Shown one piece after another: positions 1 through 11,776 of a stretch of DNA of 64,000 nt. A program made the position numbers and the translations under genes. Position 1 is the stretch's first letter; each line of letters begins with the position of its first letter. Origin of the DNA: Macrostomum lignano (taxonomy: Eukaryota); the NCBI GenBank assembly GCA_002269645.1, contig NIVC01000481.1, forward strand, positions 1 to 64,000. The letters are read 5' to 3'. The notes under the pieces are model-generated. The model had not been told where the DNA came from. It ran no database searches and saw nothing but the letters and a program-made list of their open reading frames with translations.

Positions 1-480
1 CTGTAGCTACCTTTTGGGGTTCTTCAGTAGCTACCTTCTGGGTTCTTCAGTAGCTACCTTTTGGGGTTCTTTCAGTAGCTATCTTTTGGGTTCTTCAGTA
101 GCTACTTTTGGGGTTCTTCAGTAGCTACCTTTTGGGGTTCTTCAGTAGCTTACCTTCTGGGGTTCTTCAGTAGCTACCTTCTTAGTTCTTCAGTACGCTA
201 CCTTCTGGGGGTTCTTCAGTAGCTTACCTTTCTAGTTCTTCAGTAGCTACCTTCTGGGGTTCTTCAGTAGCTACCTTCTAGTTCTTCAGTAGCTACCTTC
301 TGGGGTTCTTCAGTAGCTACCTTCTAGTTCTTCAGTAGCTACCTTCTGGGTGTTCTTCAGTAGCTACCTTCTAGTTCTTCAGTAGCTACCTTCTGGGGTT
401 TCTCAGTAGCTACCTTCTAGTTCTTTCAGTAGTAGCTACCTTTACTAGTTTCTTCAGTAGCTACCGTCTGGGGTCCTACA
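1..480. repeat. 22-24 bp minisatellite (CAGTAGCTACCTTCT[GGG/A]GTTCTT)n, intronic to the DOCK gene
   Basis: Direct tandem repetition with many single-base indels. Confidence 0.95.
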
Positions 481-588
481 GTAGCTACCCTCAGGAGTCT
501 TCAGTGGCTTGCGTCAGTCAGTTACAATTCGATTTCAGTACGCACTAATTGCCCATGCTCCTAACTCCCGCAATTTCGTTAATCCCAG

Positions 589-3500
589 GTGGCCTGCGCC
601 AGTTTCGAATACCGCGGTCGCCAGCCAAACAGCCGACAATCGAACGGCAGCAGCCTGCTGATGCAGCAGCGCAGCGCTCAGGTCAAGCTGAAACTTGAAG
701 AGAAATTCCTTGGGAGCGCCGGCGACTTTTGCCGATGCCGCCCATGTCGCAACAGCAGCAGCAGCCGCCGCCGCCGCCTCCGCCGGGAAGCGCAGCAACC
801 GACGCAAGAGCATCGGCTCCATCCTGACCATGCCGCACAGCCAGTCAGAGAACGCCCTGGCTGCCGCCGCCGCCAACAACAATGCCTCGCTAGCAATGGC
901 TGGCCAACAGAGTGCCGCTGCTTCGGCTAACAGCAGCAGCTCGAATCGGCTGCGACTCGCTGCTGCTCGTAAGGAAGCCGCCGCCACCATTGCCGCCGCC
1001 AATTCGTCTGTACCGCCTCCGCCGCCTTTGATCTCGCCGCCGCCGCCTCCGCCGCCAACTTTGCCAGTTAATGCGCAGTTGAATTCGGCTAGATTACACT
1101 ACGATCCTGTGCTGGAGGGCAATCTGTCATTAGAAGTGACTTTGACAGCTTTGGATACCGCTGAGCTGATTATGACTACGTTTCAGGTGAGAATCTGCTT
1201 TTTTGAAGGTGGTGTACATCCTTGACGATTAGAAAGTCAAAAAGGCCGCTGCACGCCCAGTAAGTGGCGTTAATTGCTGAGCTCTGTACTAACGCGCGCC
1301 GACTCAGCTTAAATTTGCATTATTATAGTATCTATAGTAAAAATTAAACATACTAGTAGAATAACTAAATGGGCCACCCAGGCACAATACTCAGTAAAAC
1401 AGCTTTCTACGAGTATAAGAATAAAGGCAGCTGAGATGACTGATAAATTTGAAAGCCCAAGCTTGCAGGCGTTAACAACTTGCTAGATAATTGGTTCAGC
1501 AATAATGCACATTGGCCAGTCCCACTGAAATGTACATAGCAGCTTTAGGCTGGAATTCCGATAAAGGCAATATAAATTAGGCGCGGCGGGGACTTGATAA
1601 GTTTAGAAGCCCAAGCTTGCAGCGTAAACAACTTGCTAGATAATTGGTTCAGCAATAATGTACATTGGCCAGTCCCACTGAAATGTACATGGCAGCTTTA
1701 GGCTGGAATACCGAGAAAGGCAATAAAAATTGGGGCGGGCGGGGGTAGTGTGGAAAGGCGCAGCTGGAGGGTTGAAGCCTGGGGGATTAACGGCAAATAA
1801 ATTTGCCTTTGGCTTTAAAAAATACATTAAAATGCTTCTGTTTAACTTACTACTGAACTAAAAGTAGCTTAGACGCAAATGTGCTGAGTGGCCTATCTAG
1901 TTATTCTAGTGGTATCTGGTTACATTATAAACATGTTAAACAAATGATTTAAATTTCGCAGGCACGGAGACTCTGCTTGTCACCTGGGCTTAATACTGCG
2001 CTTGTATCTGCGCTGTTTGAGTCTAAGCCAGTGCTCAACCGCTTTGCACTCTGTGTTCGCCAGTCTGCGCAGCTTCTTGATGAAGTACCCGGAGACAGTG
2101 TTCGAAGAGGAGGCCGACCAGTGCACCTCCCTGTGCTTGCAGTTATTGCGCTATTGCGGTTCTAGATTGACTGAGGTTCGAACTCAGGCCACCGCCACAC
2201 TCTATCTGCTCATGAGGATCAACTATACGAGAAAGTTTCATTTTAGCAAAGTGAAAATGCAATTAACTATGGCTTTGAGTAGCTTTGTCTCGGATAGGGA
2301 AATGTTCAACGAAGATTATCTGCGCAGGTCGCTTAAGGTGAGCGAACCTATGAATTATTGTAATAACTTAAGTATAGCTGCTAAAGACCTCAATGTATTT
2401 TGCCTGGCGTTTAGAAGAAACGGTGTGATCAAAAGGAGGCTAAAATGATGGGGTGTGCAGGTGATTGATAAGCTTTGCAAGTTTATTGATAGGGTGTGCA
2501 AGTTTATTGATAGGTGTGTGCAGGTTTACTGATATGGTGTGCAAGTTTATTGGTAAGGTGTGCAAGTTTATTGATAGGTGTGTGCAGGTTTACTGATATG
2601 TTGTGCAAGTTTATTGGTAAGGTGTGCAAGTTTATTGATAGTGTGTGCAGGTTTATATAGGTGTGTGCAAGTTTATTGATAAGGTGTGCAAGTTTATTGA
2701 TAGGGTGTGCAAGTTTATTGATAGGGTGTGCAAGTTTATTGGTAAGGTGTGCAAGTTTATTGGTAAGGTGTGCAAGTTTATTGGTAAGGTGTGCAAGTTT
2801 ATTGGTAAGGTGTGCAAAGTTTATTGATAGGTGTGCAAGTTTATTGATAGGGTGTGCAAATGAAAAAGGATATCGTGTGACGCGCAAATAATGGAAAGTG
2901 TCATGAGTACCAATCAAGCCAGACGAACGGAGGCAGCACACCCCCGCCCCCAAATCCAGGCTCTCCTGTCCTACACTGACCGAGACGAAGCCGTGTGCGA
3001 GAACTTCAGCGGCCAAGTGCAGGACCTGGTGCTCAATCTGCACACGATCCTGTCTGACACAATCAAAATGAAGGAGTTCGCAGAGGATCCGGAAATGCTA
3101 GTAGATTTGATGTATCGAGTAGCCAAAGGCTATGCTAACAGTCCGGATTTGCGGCTTACCTGGCTGCAGAATATGGCTAGGCAGCATTTGACTCATAAGC
3201 ATTATGCAGAGGCTGGGATGTGCCTGCTGCACTCGGTGTCTCTGGTGGTGGAGTACCTGCACATGATGGACCCGGTACAGTACATGCCTGTTGGCTGTGC
3301 CGCCTTCTCCGCAATCAGTAAGAATGTTCTGGAGGAGAGTGCCGTGTCAGATGACGTCATCAGTCCGGAGGAGGACGGAGTGTGCTGCTCTAATTGGTTC
3401 TTGAGACCAGGTGGGGCCTCCCTCTGTCTGTTGTAAGAAGAGAGAGGGGTGGGTGGCTGATTAGGAGAGTAAAAGAGGCGGAGAGGTCAGCGAAGGGATG

Positions 3501-5930
3501 GGATGAAATTCCAGAGAAGATTAATGGGAGGGAGAGAAGAGATGTGAGGGTGGGGAGAGAAGAGATGTGAGGGTGGGGAGAGAAGAGATGTGAGGGTGGG
3601 GAGAGAAGAGATGTGAGGGTGGGGAGAGAAGAGATGTGAGGGTGGGGAGAGAAGAGATGTGAGGGTGGGGAGAGAAGAGATGTGAGGGTGGGGAGAGAAG
3701 AGATGTGAGGTGGGGAGAGAAGAGATGTGAGGGTGGGGAGAGAAGAGATGTGAGGGTGGGAGAGAAGAGATGTGAGGGTGGGGAGAGAAGAGAGGGTGGG
3801 AAGAGAAGAGATGTGAGGGTGGGAGAGAAGATATGTGAGGGTGGGAAGAGAAGAGAGGGTGGGAAGAGAAGAGATGTGAGGGTGGGAAGAGAAGAGATGT
3901 GAGGGTGGGAGAGAAGAGATGTGAGGGTGGGGAGAGAAGAGATGGAGGGTGGGAGAGAAGAGATGTGAGGGTGTGGTGAGAAGAGATGGGGTGAGTGGTG
4001 AGAAGAGATAGGACATAGGAGGGAGGGGAGAGAAGAGAATAGTTATAAGACACATGAGGTGAGAGTAGGGGAAGGGAAATGGTAGTAGTGAATAGAAGAC
4101 AGACACCAGAAATACTATTGGGTAGCAGTGAGAGATGAGCAAGTGAACTATTGCAAAACGAATCGCCCCCACCCTGGCCGCAGAGCTGCTGGCGCTGGTG
4201 GATCATTCGGCGCAATTCTTCGAACTATCAGGCCTGTACGAGTTCATCGAGCCGCTTTACACTGCCCTGCTGCCGCTGCACCGGCACAACAAAGACTACC
4301 GCCGACTGGCCGCGGTGTACGCCAAGATGCGCGACAGCTGCGACAATATCGCCTTCAACGAGAGTAAGCGGATGTTCGGCACCTACTTTCGGGTCGGCTT
4401 TTACGGTCATCGATTCGGGGATTTAGACGGCGAAGAGTTTGTTTATAAAGAGCCGCCTTTGACTAAACTGCCGGAGATTTCGCATCGACTGGAGCGTTTC
4501 TATGGCGACCGGTTCGGGCCCGACAATCTCGTCATTGTCAAGGACTCTAATGCGGTGAGGTTTTAGTCCCACATGGAGAATTCCCAAGATCCCAGACTCC
4601 CTCCAGAATTCCCTGATGAACAATTCTCAAGATCCCAAACTCCTCCAGAATTACCGATGGAGAATTCTCAGAATCTCAGGATCCCAAACTCCCTCCAGAA
4701 TTCCCCGATGGAGAATTCTCAAGATCCCAAACTCCCTCCAAATCTTAAGATCCCGAACTACCTTTAAATCCCAAGATCCCAAACTACCTTTAAATCCCAA
4801 GATCCCAAACTGCCTCTAAATTCTCAATATCCCAAACTCCCTCCAGAATTCCCCTCCCCGATCGAGAACTTCTAAGATCCAAATTCCTTCCACAATTCCC
4901 CGATGGAGAATTCTCAATATCCCAAACTCCCTCCAGAATTCCCCGATGGAGAATTCTCAGGATCCCAAACTCCCTCCAGAATTCCCCGATGGAGAATTCT
5001 CAGGATCCCAGACTTCCTCCAGAATTCCCCGATGGAGAATTCTCAAGATCCCAAACTCCCTCCAGAGTTCCCGCGATGGTCTACTTGGGATTTCCTTAAT
5101 TACTAGATCTAAGAGTAATTCTCTTAGTAATTCCCCAGTTCTCTGTATTAAAAATCAAATTCCCAGCTCCGCAGTTCATAATCTCTAATTAACTACCCTG
5201 GCCGCAGGTGGAGCGCGAACGGCTGGACCAGAACAAGGCCTACATCCAGATCACCTATGTCGAGCCCTACCTGGAACCCTACGAGCTGCGCGAGCGTCAG
5301 TCGCAATTCGAGCGCAACAACGGCATAGCAACGTTTGTCTACTCGACTCCGTACACTCAGAGCGGCCGGGCGCACGGCGATCTGCAAGATCAGTGCAAGC
5401 GCAAAACCGTGCTTACAACCAGCCACAGCTTCCCCTACATCAAGACACGGCTGCAGGTGATTCACACAAAATCCTTCAACTTGACTCCAATCGAAGTAGC
5501 AATTGAAGATTTGGAGAAGAAAAACGCTGAATTGACCCGAGCTTTGGAGTTGAATCCGCCAGATTTGAAAATTCTACAAATGGTTTTGCAAGGCTCAATT
5601 GGCGCCACAGTTAATCAGGGCCCGGTCGAGATGGCCTCGGTGTTCCTCGCCTCCGTGGCGGAGGGCACCCAGCCCGCCGCACCGGCGCATCACAAACTTC
5701 GTCTGGCCTTCAAGGAGTTCCTGTTGAAGTCGCACGATGCCCTGGCTAAGAATCGCGACCTGATTATGTCGGATCAGGTGGATTATCAGACTGAGATGGA
5801 GAAGAATTATCAATTGATTAAAGACCAGCTGCTGCCGCTGACCAGCTGGGGCAATCCGAGCTTTGATCGTGAGCAGAGAAATGTTGTGGCCGCTAGGAGG
5901 AAGAGCAACTCCTCAATGTCCAGCTGCTGA
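589..5930 (+). CDS. DOCK7: Dock-C family (DOCK6/7/8-like) guanine nucleotide exchange factor, 3' part including DHR-2. Exons approx. 589-1186, 1962-2337, 2960-3410, 4184-4554, 5208-5930; 5' exons lie upstream of the window
   Basis: Motifs FEYRGR...KLEEKFLG, GNLSLEV, VKMQLTMALSS, FNEDYLRRSLK, SPDLRLTWLQNMA, FGTYFRVGFYG, EPPLTKLPEISHRLE, FPYIKTRLQV and GATVNQGP match the Dock-C subfamily. Introns are GT-AG and phases fit from exon 2 onward. Two apparent 1-nt frame breaks (about 727 and 1962). The exact paralog name is uncertain. Confidence 0.93.
1447..1745. repeat. About 155 bp tandem duplication in a DOCK intron
   Basis: GAAGCCCAAGCTTGCAG...ATTGGCCAGTCCCACTGAAATGTACAT...GGCTGGAAT occurs twice in tandem. 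Confidence 0.85.
2450..2860. repeat. 21 bp minisatellite (GTGTGCAAGTTTATTGATAGG)n, intronic
   Basis: Direct tandem units; accounts for ORFs 2504, 2645 and 2661. Confidence 0.95.
3525..4070. repeat. Purine-rich minisatellite of about 25 bp (GAGAAGAGATGTGAGGGTGGGGA)n, intronic
   Basis: Direct tandem units on a G/A-rich strand. Confidence 0.95.
4570..5070. repeat. 43 bp minisatellite (ATGGAGAATTCTCAAGATCCCAAACTCCCTCCAGAATTCCCCG)n, intronic
   Basis: Unit starts at 4903, 4946 and 4989 give a 43 bp period. Confidence 0.9.
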
Positions 5931-6525
5931 CTTGGTGACACTTGTAGCTGAATTGGTGACACTTGCAGCTGAATTGGTGACACTTGCAGCTGAATTGGTG
6001 ACACTTGCAGCTGAATTGGTGACACTTGTAGCTGAATTGGTGACACTTGTAACTAAATTGGTGACACTTGCAGCTGAATTGGTGACACTTGTAGCTGAAT
6101 TGGTGACACTTGTAACTAAATTGGTGACACTTGCAGCTGAATTGGTGACACTTGTAGCTGAATTGGTGACACTTGCAGCTGAATTGGTGACACTTGCAGC
6201 TGAATTGGTGACACTTGTAGCTGAATTGGTGACACTTGTAGCTGAATTGGTGACACTTGTAGCTGAATTGGTGACACTTGCAGCTGAATTGGTGACACTT
6301 GTAGCTGAATTGGTGACACTTGTAGCTGAATTGGTGACACTTGCAGCTGAATTGGTGACACTTGTAGCTGAATTGGTGACACTTGCAGCTGAATTGGTGA
6401 CACTTGTAGCTGAATTGGTGACACTTGTAGCTGAATTGGTGACACTTGTAGCTGAATTGGTGACACTTGTAGCTGAATTGGTGACACTTGTAGCTGAATT
6501 GGTGACACTTGTAGCTGAATTGGTG
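5922..6525. repeat. 21 bp minisatellite (CAGCTGAATTGGTGACACTTG)n beginning at the DOCK stop codon
   Basis: About 28 near-identical units. Confidence 0.97.
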
Positions 6526-7024
6526 AAAATGTTTCAATTTTCTATCAGTGCTAAGCTGCTTAAAATTCGCAAATATCACCTTTAATATTTCAGTCTGAAT
6601 TCACGACTTTATTCCAATAACTGCGTTTCTTATTCAGCTTAGTTTATTCCAAGGATGTCTGTCAATTTTGCAATATTTTCAGCGTTCACACACTATCCGC
6701 TTTTGCAATAGAAATCAGCATATTTTAATAAATAGTTTTTTTTAAATAGATCGTAAATAATTTTAGTTGAATCGCAAATTTCTGTTTAGACGCGTTACAG
6801 ACTACTGCTGCGAAACTATAAGGCTTTTTGCTATCTTTTTCCGGAAATTTTTTCTAAAGTTTCTGACTTTCTGCGAAATGCACTTTTATGCTCAAAACTC
6901 AACTGTTTCCTTTCTTGCTGTTCTATCGATGCTGTTCACAGCTTTCTATTATTCGAGTCACTGCTGTGTTGTGAATATGCAGATATTTTCTCATAAACTG
7001 GGTCTTCTGCCAACTGCTGACAGC

Positions 7025-7825
7025 CTTCCCTGAAGCCCCACTGCTCTTCCTGAGGCCTCACCGCCTTCCCTGAAGCCCCACTGCTTTCCCTAAAGCCTCA
7101 CCGCCTTCACTGAAGCCCCACCGCCTCTTCACTGCTTTCCCTGAGGCCACACTGCCTTCCCTGAAGCTCGACTGCTTTTCCTGAAGCCTCACTGCCTTCC
7201 CTGAAACCCCATCGCCTTTCCTGAAGCCTTCCCTGAAGCTTCACTGCTTTCCCTGAAGCCTCACTACCTTCCTTGAAGCCAAACTGCCTTCTCTGAAGCC
7301 ACACTGCCTTCCCTAAAGCCTCATCGCCTTCACTGAAGCCCCACCGCCTCTTCACTGCTTTTCCTGAAGCCACACTGCCTTCCCTGAAGCTCGACTGCTT
7401 TCCCTGAAGCCTCACTACCTTCCCTGAAGCCTCACTACCTTCCCTGAAGCCTCACTACCTTCCCTGAAGCCACACCGCCTTCCTTGAAGCCACACCGCCT
7501 TCCTTGAAGCCACACTGCCTTCCCTGAAACCTCACCGCCTCCCTTGAAGCCACACTGCCTTCCCTGAAACCTCACCGCCTCCCTTGAAGCCACACTGCCT
7601 TCCCTGAAACCTCACCGCCTCCCTTGAAGCCACACTGCCTTCCCTGAAACCTCACCGCCTCCCTTGAAGCCACACTGCCTTCCCTGAAACCTCACCGCCT
7701 CCCTTGAAGCCACACTGCCTTCCCTGAAACCTCACCGCCTCCCTTGAAGCCACACTGCCTTCCCTGAAACCTCACCGCCTCCCTTGAAGCCTCACTGCCT
7801 TCCCTGAAGCCTCACTGCCTTCTCT
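7025..7825. repeat. About 20 bp minisatellite (CCTGAAGCCTCACTGCCTTC)n with a 40 bp higher-order block
   Basis: Direct tandem units; alternating dimer in 7500-7790. Confidence 0.9.
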
Positions 7826-8584
7826 AAAGTGAATTGCCGTTGCTCAACCAGCAGCTTGTACCAAGTAAATCAATAATTTTTTTTAACCTGAGATTTACAT
7901 TATCCAGTTTTTTTTCTTCAAAAACCTGCAGCTTAAACCCTTGGCGTATCCGTGATTACTAATGCAGCATCTAAGGTAAATTGTTTTTCTCATGTATAGT
8001 ATAAGCCCGCTCTTTTCAATAATTTTGATTAAATTGTTAAACAAAAAGCGACTTGCTAAATAATTATGTACTTTCTGTGACTGCCAGCTCTGTTTGTTTT
8101 TTTCAGAATGTTGAATAAATCCTGTTTGTTATATTCCTGCTCACACTGCCTTTCTAGTTCTCACTATTCTCACCAGCATATTTGTTATTATTGTTATTAT
8201 ATTTCATCATAAAATTTGGTGACTTACTACTTTTCTCTATCCATTTCCAGTAGTATAATCGGGAAATTTTATAATTAGAAGTTAATTTAACGAATCTGCA
8301 CTCTCAAGAGCCCGTGTGCGACTGAATAGAATTTTTATACTGCCATATTATGTGTGCATAATAATAATAATATACATATATATACCGAAATATTACCTAT
8401 ATATTGCTTGTCAATACAGCCAGGCGATCAAAAACAAATTTTAAAGGGTTGTTTGTTAATTTTTTATGATGAAAATTATATTTTATTTGTCGTCAACGTA
8501 CACTGGATTGATTACACTTTGCATGGTTACTTGGTGTTAGACACTTAGCTGGGTGATTTGCAGGCTGGCACTGATATTGGTGTT

Positions 8585-8860
8585 ACTAAAATGGGGTGTT
8601 ACAGACACATAATGGGTGTTACACAGACTAAAATGAGGTGTTACAGACACTTTAATGGACACTTGAATGTTGCAGACACTAAAGGAGTGTTACAGACACT
8701 TTAATGGGTGTTGCAGACAATATCGGGTGTTACAGATTCTTAACTGGGTGTTAAAGACACTAAATGGGTGTTACAGATTGTTAACTGGGTGTTAAAGACA
8801 CTAAAATTGGTGTTACAGATTGTTAACTGGGTGATAAAGACACTAAATGGGTGTTGGACA
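8585..8860. repeat. Degenerate minisatellite of about 20 bp (GGGTGTTACAGACACTAAAT-like)
   Basis: Recurrent GTGTTACAGA core. Confidence 0.7.
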
Positions 8861-9103
8861 CAAATAGGTTTCCCGATCAAGGCCACTGAAGTGAGTTTTA
8901 ATTTGCAGACAGTCTGTGTTGACTAAAGATGCAAGTATGCAGTAGGAACTGTAGTAACCAGCTCGTACATGTACGATGTATTTACTGCATATTTTTACAA
9001 ATTCTCAAAATCCTGTCTGCAGTGAAATCAAACTTTTCTGCCACACTGCAGGCACTTCATAGTTCCGATGTCTGTGGAACTGCGCAATGCTGATAAATAT
9101 ATA

Positions 9104-10024
9104 TAGGATTTTTCGTTTGATTTCATAAAATTGTCATTTGATTTCGTCCATAGAAGTTGGCAGCGCGGCCATAGAGTCTATGGCAATAAAGTGCGCTGTT
9201 TTCCAATCGAATTCATAACTTTGCCACTTCATTTCGACATACCCAGTAGAAAGGCAACAGAAAAGTCGATGCGCTTGTCCAGTACAGAAAGAACTGTTAA
9301 AAACAGAAAGCTGTGTATTTAAGTCACATGAGGAAGTGCGCAGTTGCAACAGTGAAATCAGTTATGTCCGCCAAAGTTAATGCTCGTTCGCTGCAACACG
9401 CTACAAATTTCACATTATCTGCTGCTCATTGATGCACAGGGGCAGAAACCGCATCACATGTCGTTCCCAGGCAAGGCACTTCGCGGCGGAAATTTCCTCT
9501 CGTGCAACGTAGCCGCAGCGGAAAAGCAACCATGAGTCTCGACTGCGTAAGGTTGATGCCATCAGGCGGATAGCTAAGTTCCTGTTGAAGCTCAGGTGTT
9601 GCTAGCTGGCGTTTAAGCGAAGCCTTGAGACAACTGTGTGCCTGCTCCGCGGCGTTAAGAAATGGAGAGTACGGTGGCAGAGTTCGCAGTTGAATACGAT
9701 TGGCCGCGTTTATACGTTTCCAATGGACGCGTATGCAGCCATTTTTAGGCACACAAGGAAGCAGACTGTTGCCCAAGAAGAGGACACGTTCATATAGGCT
9801 TTTCATTTCTATGAGAGGTTTGGCCATAGATATTCACCCACTGATATCCCAGCCCCCTCTGGCAGTGTTTGAGCCACTCCGCGCGTCAAGTCGAAATGAA
9901 GTGGCAAAGCTATGAATTCAATCGGAAAACAGCGCACTTTATTGCCATAGACTCTATGGCCGCGCTGCCAACTTCTATGGACGAAATCAAATGACAATTT
10001 TATGAAATCAAACGAAAAATCCTA
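9104..10024 (-). mobile_element. Internally deleted Tc1/mariner (IS630-Tc1, DDE_3) DNA transposon, about 920 bp
   Basis: 135 bp near-perfect terminal inverted repeats (9104-9238 and 9890-10024) flanked by TA. The internal minus-strand remnant IQLRTLPPYSPFLNAAE matches the PxYSPxLNPIE motif. Confidence 0.92.
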
Positions 10025-11048
10025 TATTATATCAAAAGCAGAATATGCAATCGAATGCACTGCAATAATTACGTATATGATAAGCCATTTAATAAGCATT
10101 CTATGGTCAGAATGTCCGAGGCTGCATTTAATGGTCTCGAGGCGAGCGAAGCGACATTCCGACCAGAGACAGCTTAATTTAATGGCTATTATTTTATATG
10201 AAATCAGATTGCTTATTTTGGGATATTCCATCTGGTCGACCGTGGTTGCGGGCGGGGGTGCGGAGGCAGAGCCCCCCGCTGGGGGTGTGAAGGCGAAGAA
10301 TTTCTTAAAACATCGTAGAATTCTCATACAGTCTTAAATCTTTCTCGCGGGCCATAGACAATATGTTTAGAATGAATTATCTTAAGACAGTCAGCAAGGG
10401 AAAGAAATTCTAAAGAGAAGAGAAGCGATTGCGACAAAATCAGTCTAACTGCTTTACCGAGGATTCGTGCCTTCGATCTTTACCTTCGACAAGCCGTGTG
10501 TAGAGAGTTGCTTGATACGACCGACTTGGAGCGCTAGGATGTCTGAGAATCATCGATCCCTCTGCCAAGGTGGCTAGGATTGCGTCCAGTGCTTCACAAG
10601 GCATCCCTGTTCCAAAAGCAAACCTGAGCAACGGTCCCACCGGTGAGCTTGTCGCTTCTGATGAGTCTTGTGAGTCCTCTAATGCACACGGAGTGAAGTC
10701 TATCGTCATTGACGGTCCTATAAAATTGAAATCCTGTTAAGCGCCTGCAGACTTTTTAAAGCTACACATGTAGCATAGAAAACTATTGAGAAGAAGCATG
10801 AGTTATGCGTTATTCGTATTCTGTTTGTCTCATTTTCTATTTGCGACATCAGATATACACTAATTGTTTATTACTCTATGGTACACCTGGACTTTCCCGA
10901 GACTATTAAATGATTTATTGGTCCCGGTATGAAAGTAGTTGTACCATAGACTACATGTATTGATTCCTTGCTGCGAAGGCGCCCATTAAACGTCAATTAA
11001 ATAAGCAATCGGATTTTATATGTATATGACTCGAAGAAGTACATCGCC

Positions 11049-11420
11049 ATGACTGCAGACGACCATCGGGAATTGACCGACGAAATCTTACTAAGCTCAG
11101 CGGTTGCCATAGCAACTATTGCTGTCCTATTCATAGCTTACAATTTTTTCTATCTACCATTGCAAACTATTGTGCATGAGCGAAACGAACTTGTTGCCAG
11201 CGACCTTGACACCGAGTTCTACCTCAGCCACTACACATTCGCAGACGAGGTGATGAAGTTGCACTATTGTCGTAGTGTCGAGCAGCTGAGAAATCTGCAT
11301 CGTTTGAAGCGATCGGCGAGGACCGAGAACAGACGAAGCGGCCTTCAGATTCTGAACAGTACTTTGCCAACAACGCGCCTGCTGATTAGGGAGACCTTTG
11401 AACTTTTGGTAAAGTGTTAA
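11049..11420 (+). CDS. Unassigned 123 aa ORF with one predicted transmembrane segment; possibly a first exon (donor-like TTG/GTAAAG near 11409)
   Basis: ATG start, non-repetitive, GC-richer than its flanks; hydrophobic ILLSSAVAIATIAVLFIAYNFFYL. No family recognised. Confidence 0.3.
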   Translation: MTADDHRELTDEILLSSAVAIATIAVLFIAYNFFYLPLQTIVHERNELVASDLDTEFYLSHYTFADEVMKLHYCRSVEQLRNLHRLKRSARTENRRSGLQILNSTLPTTRLLIRETFELLVKC

Positions 11421-11776
11421 TTAATCTATAAAGTACGATGGGGCTGCTTTGATGGGGCACTCTCTACAGCATGCTTGACCAATTTTACCAAAGACAACAG
11501 ACAGAACAGTCAGTGACTGTAAAGCTGATAAGTTCACCCATTAAGAAGCATGAAAGTTTCAAACACACTTCAATTGTTCTTATACTGTTTTCAACTGCAT
11601 GATGTACATGCATGCTACTGTTGACTCTGTGTTTTGTTCCTGCTACAACACTCATGTTTTGGAAACGAACCATGATAATATTAAACTCAGACAGCTTGCA
11701 AAATCAGACGTGCGTATTTTTGAAATAGTTCAATTATTTTAGTGCTTCTCAGAGCATTGCTGCATCTAGTTTGGGG

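Noticed and set aside
535-1002. 155 aa Ala-rich minus-strand ORF
   Set aside because: Antisense shadow of the GC-rich DOCK exon.
4570-5070. Heat-shock-element array (GAATTCTC)
   Set aside because: Does not fit the nGAAnnTTCnnGAAn spacing.
10100-10330. Helitron/Helentron-like fragment (GCGAGCGAAGCG, short hairpin, GC-rich palindromic tract)
   Set aside because: Motifs are suggestive, but no termini could be defined.
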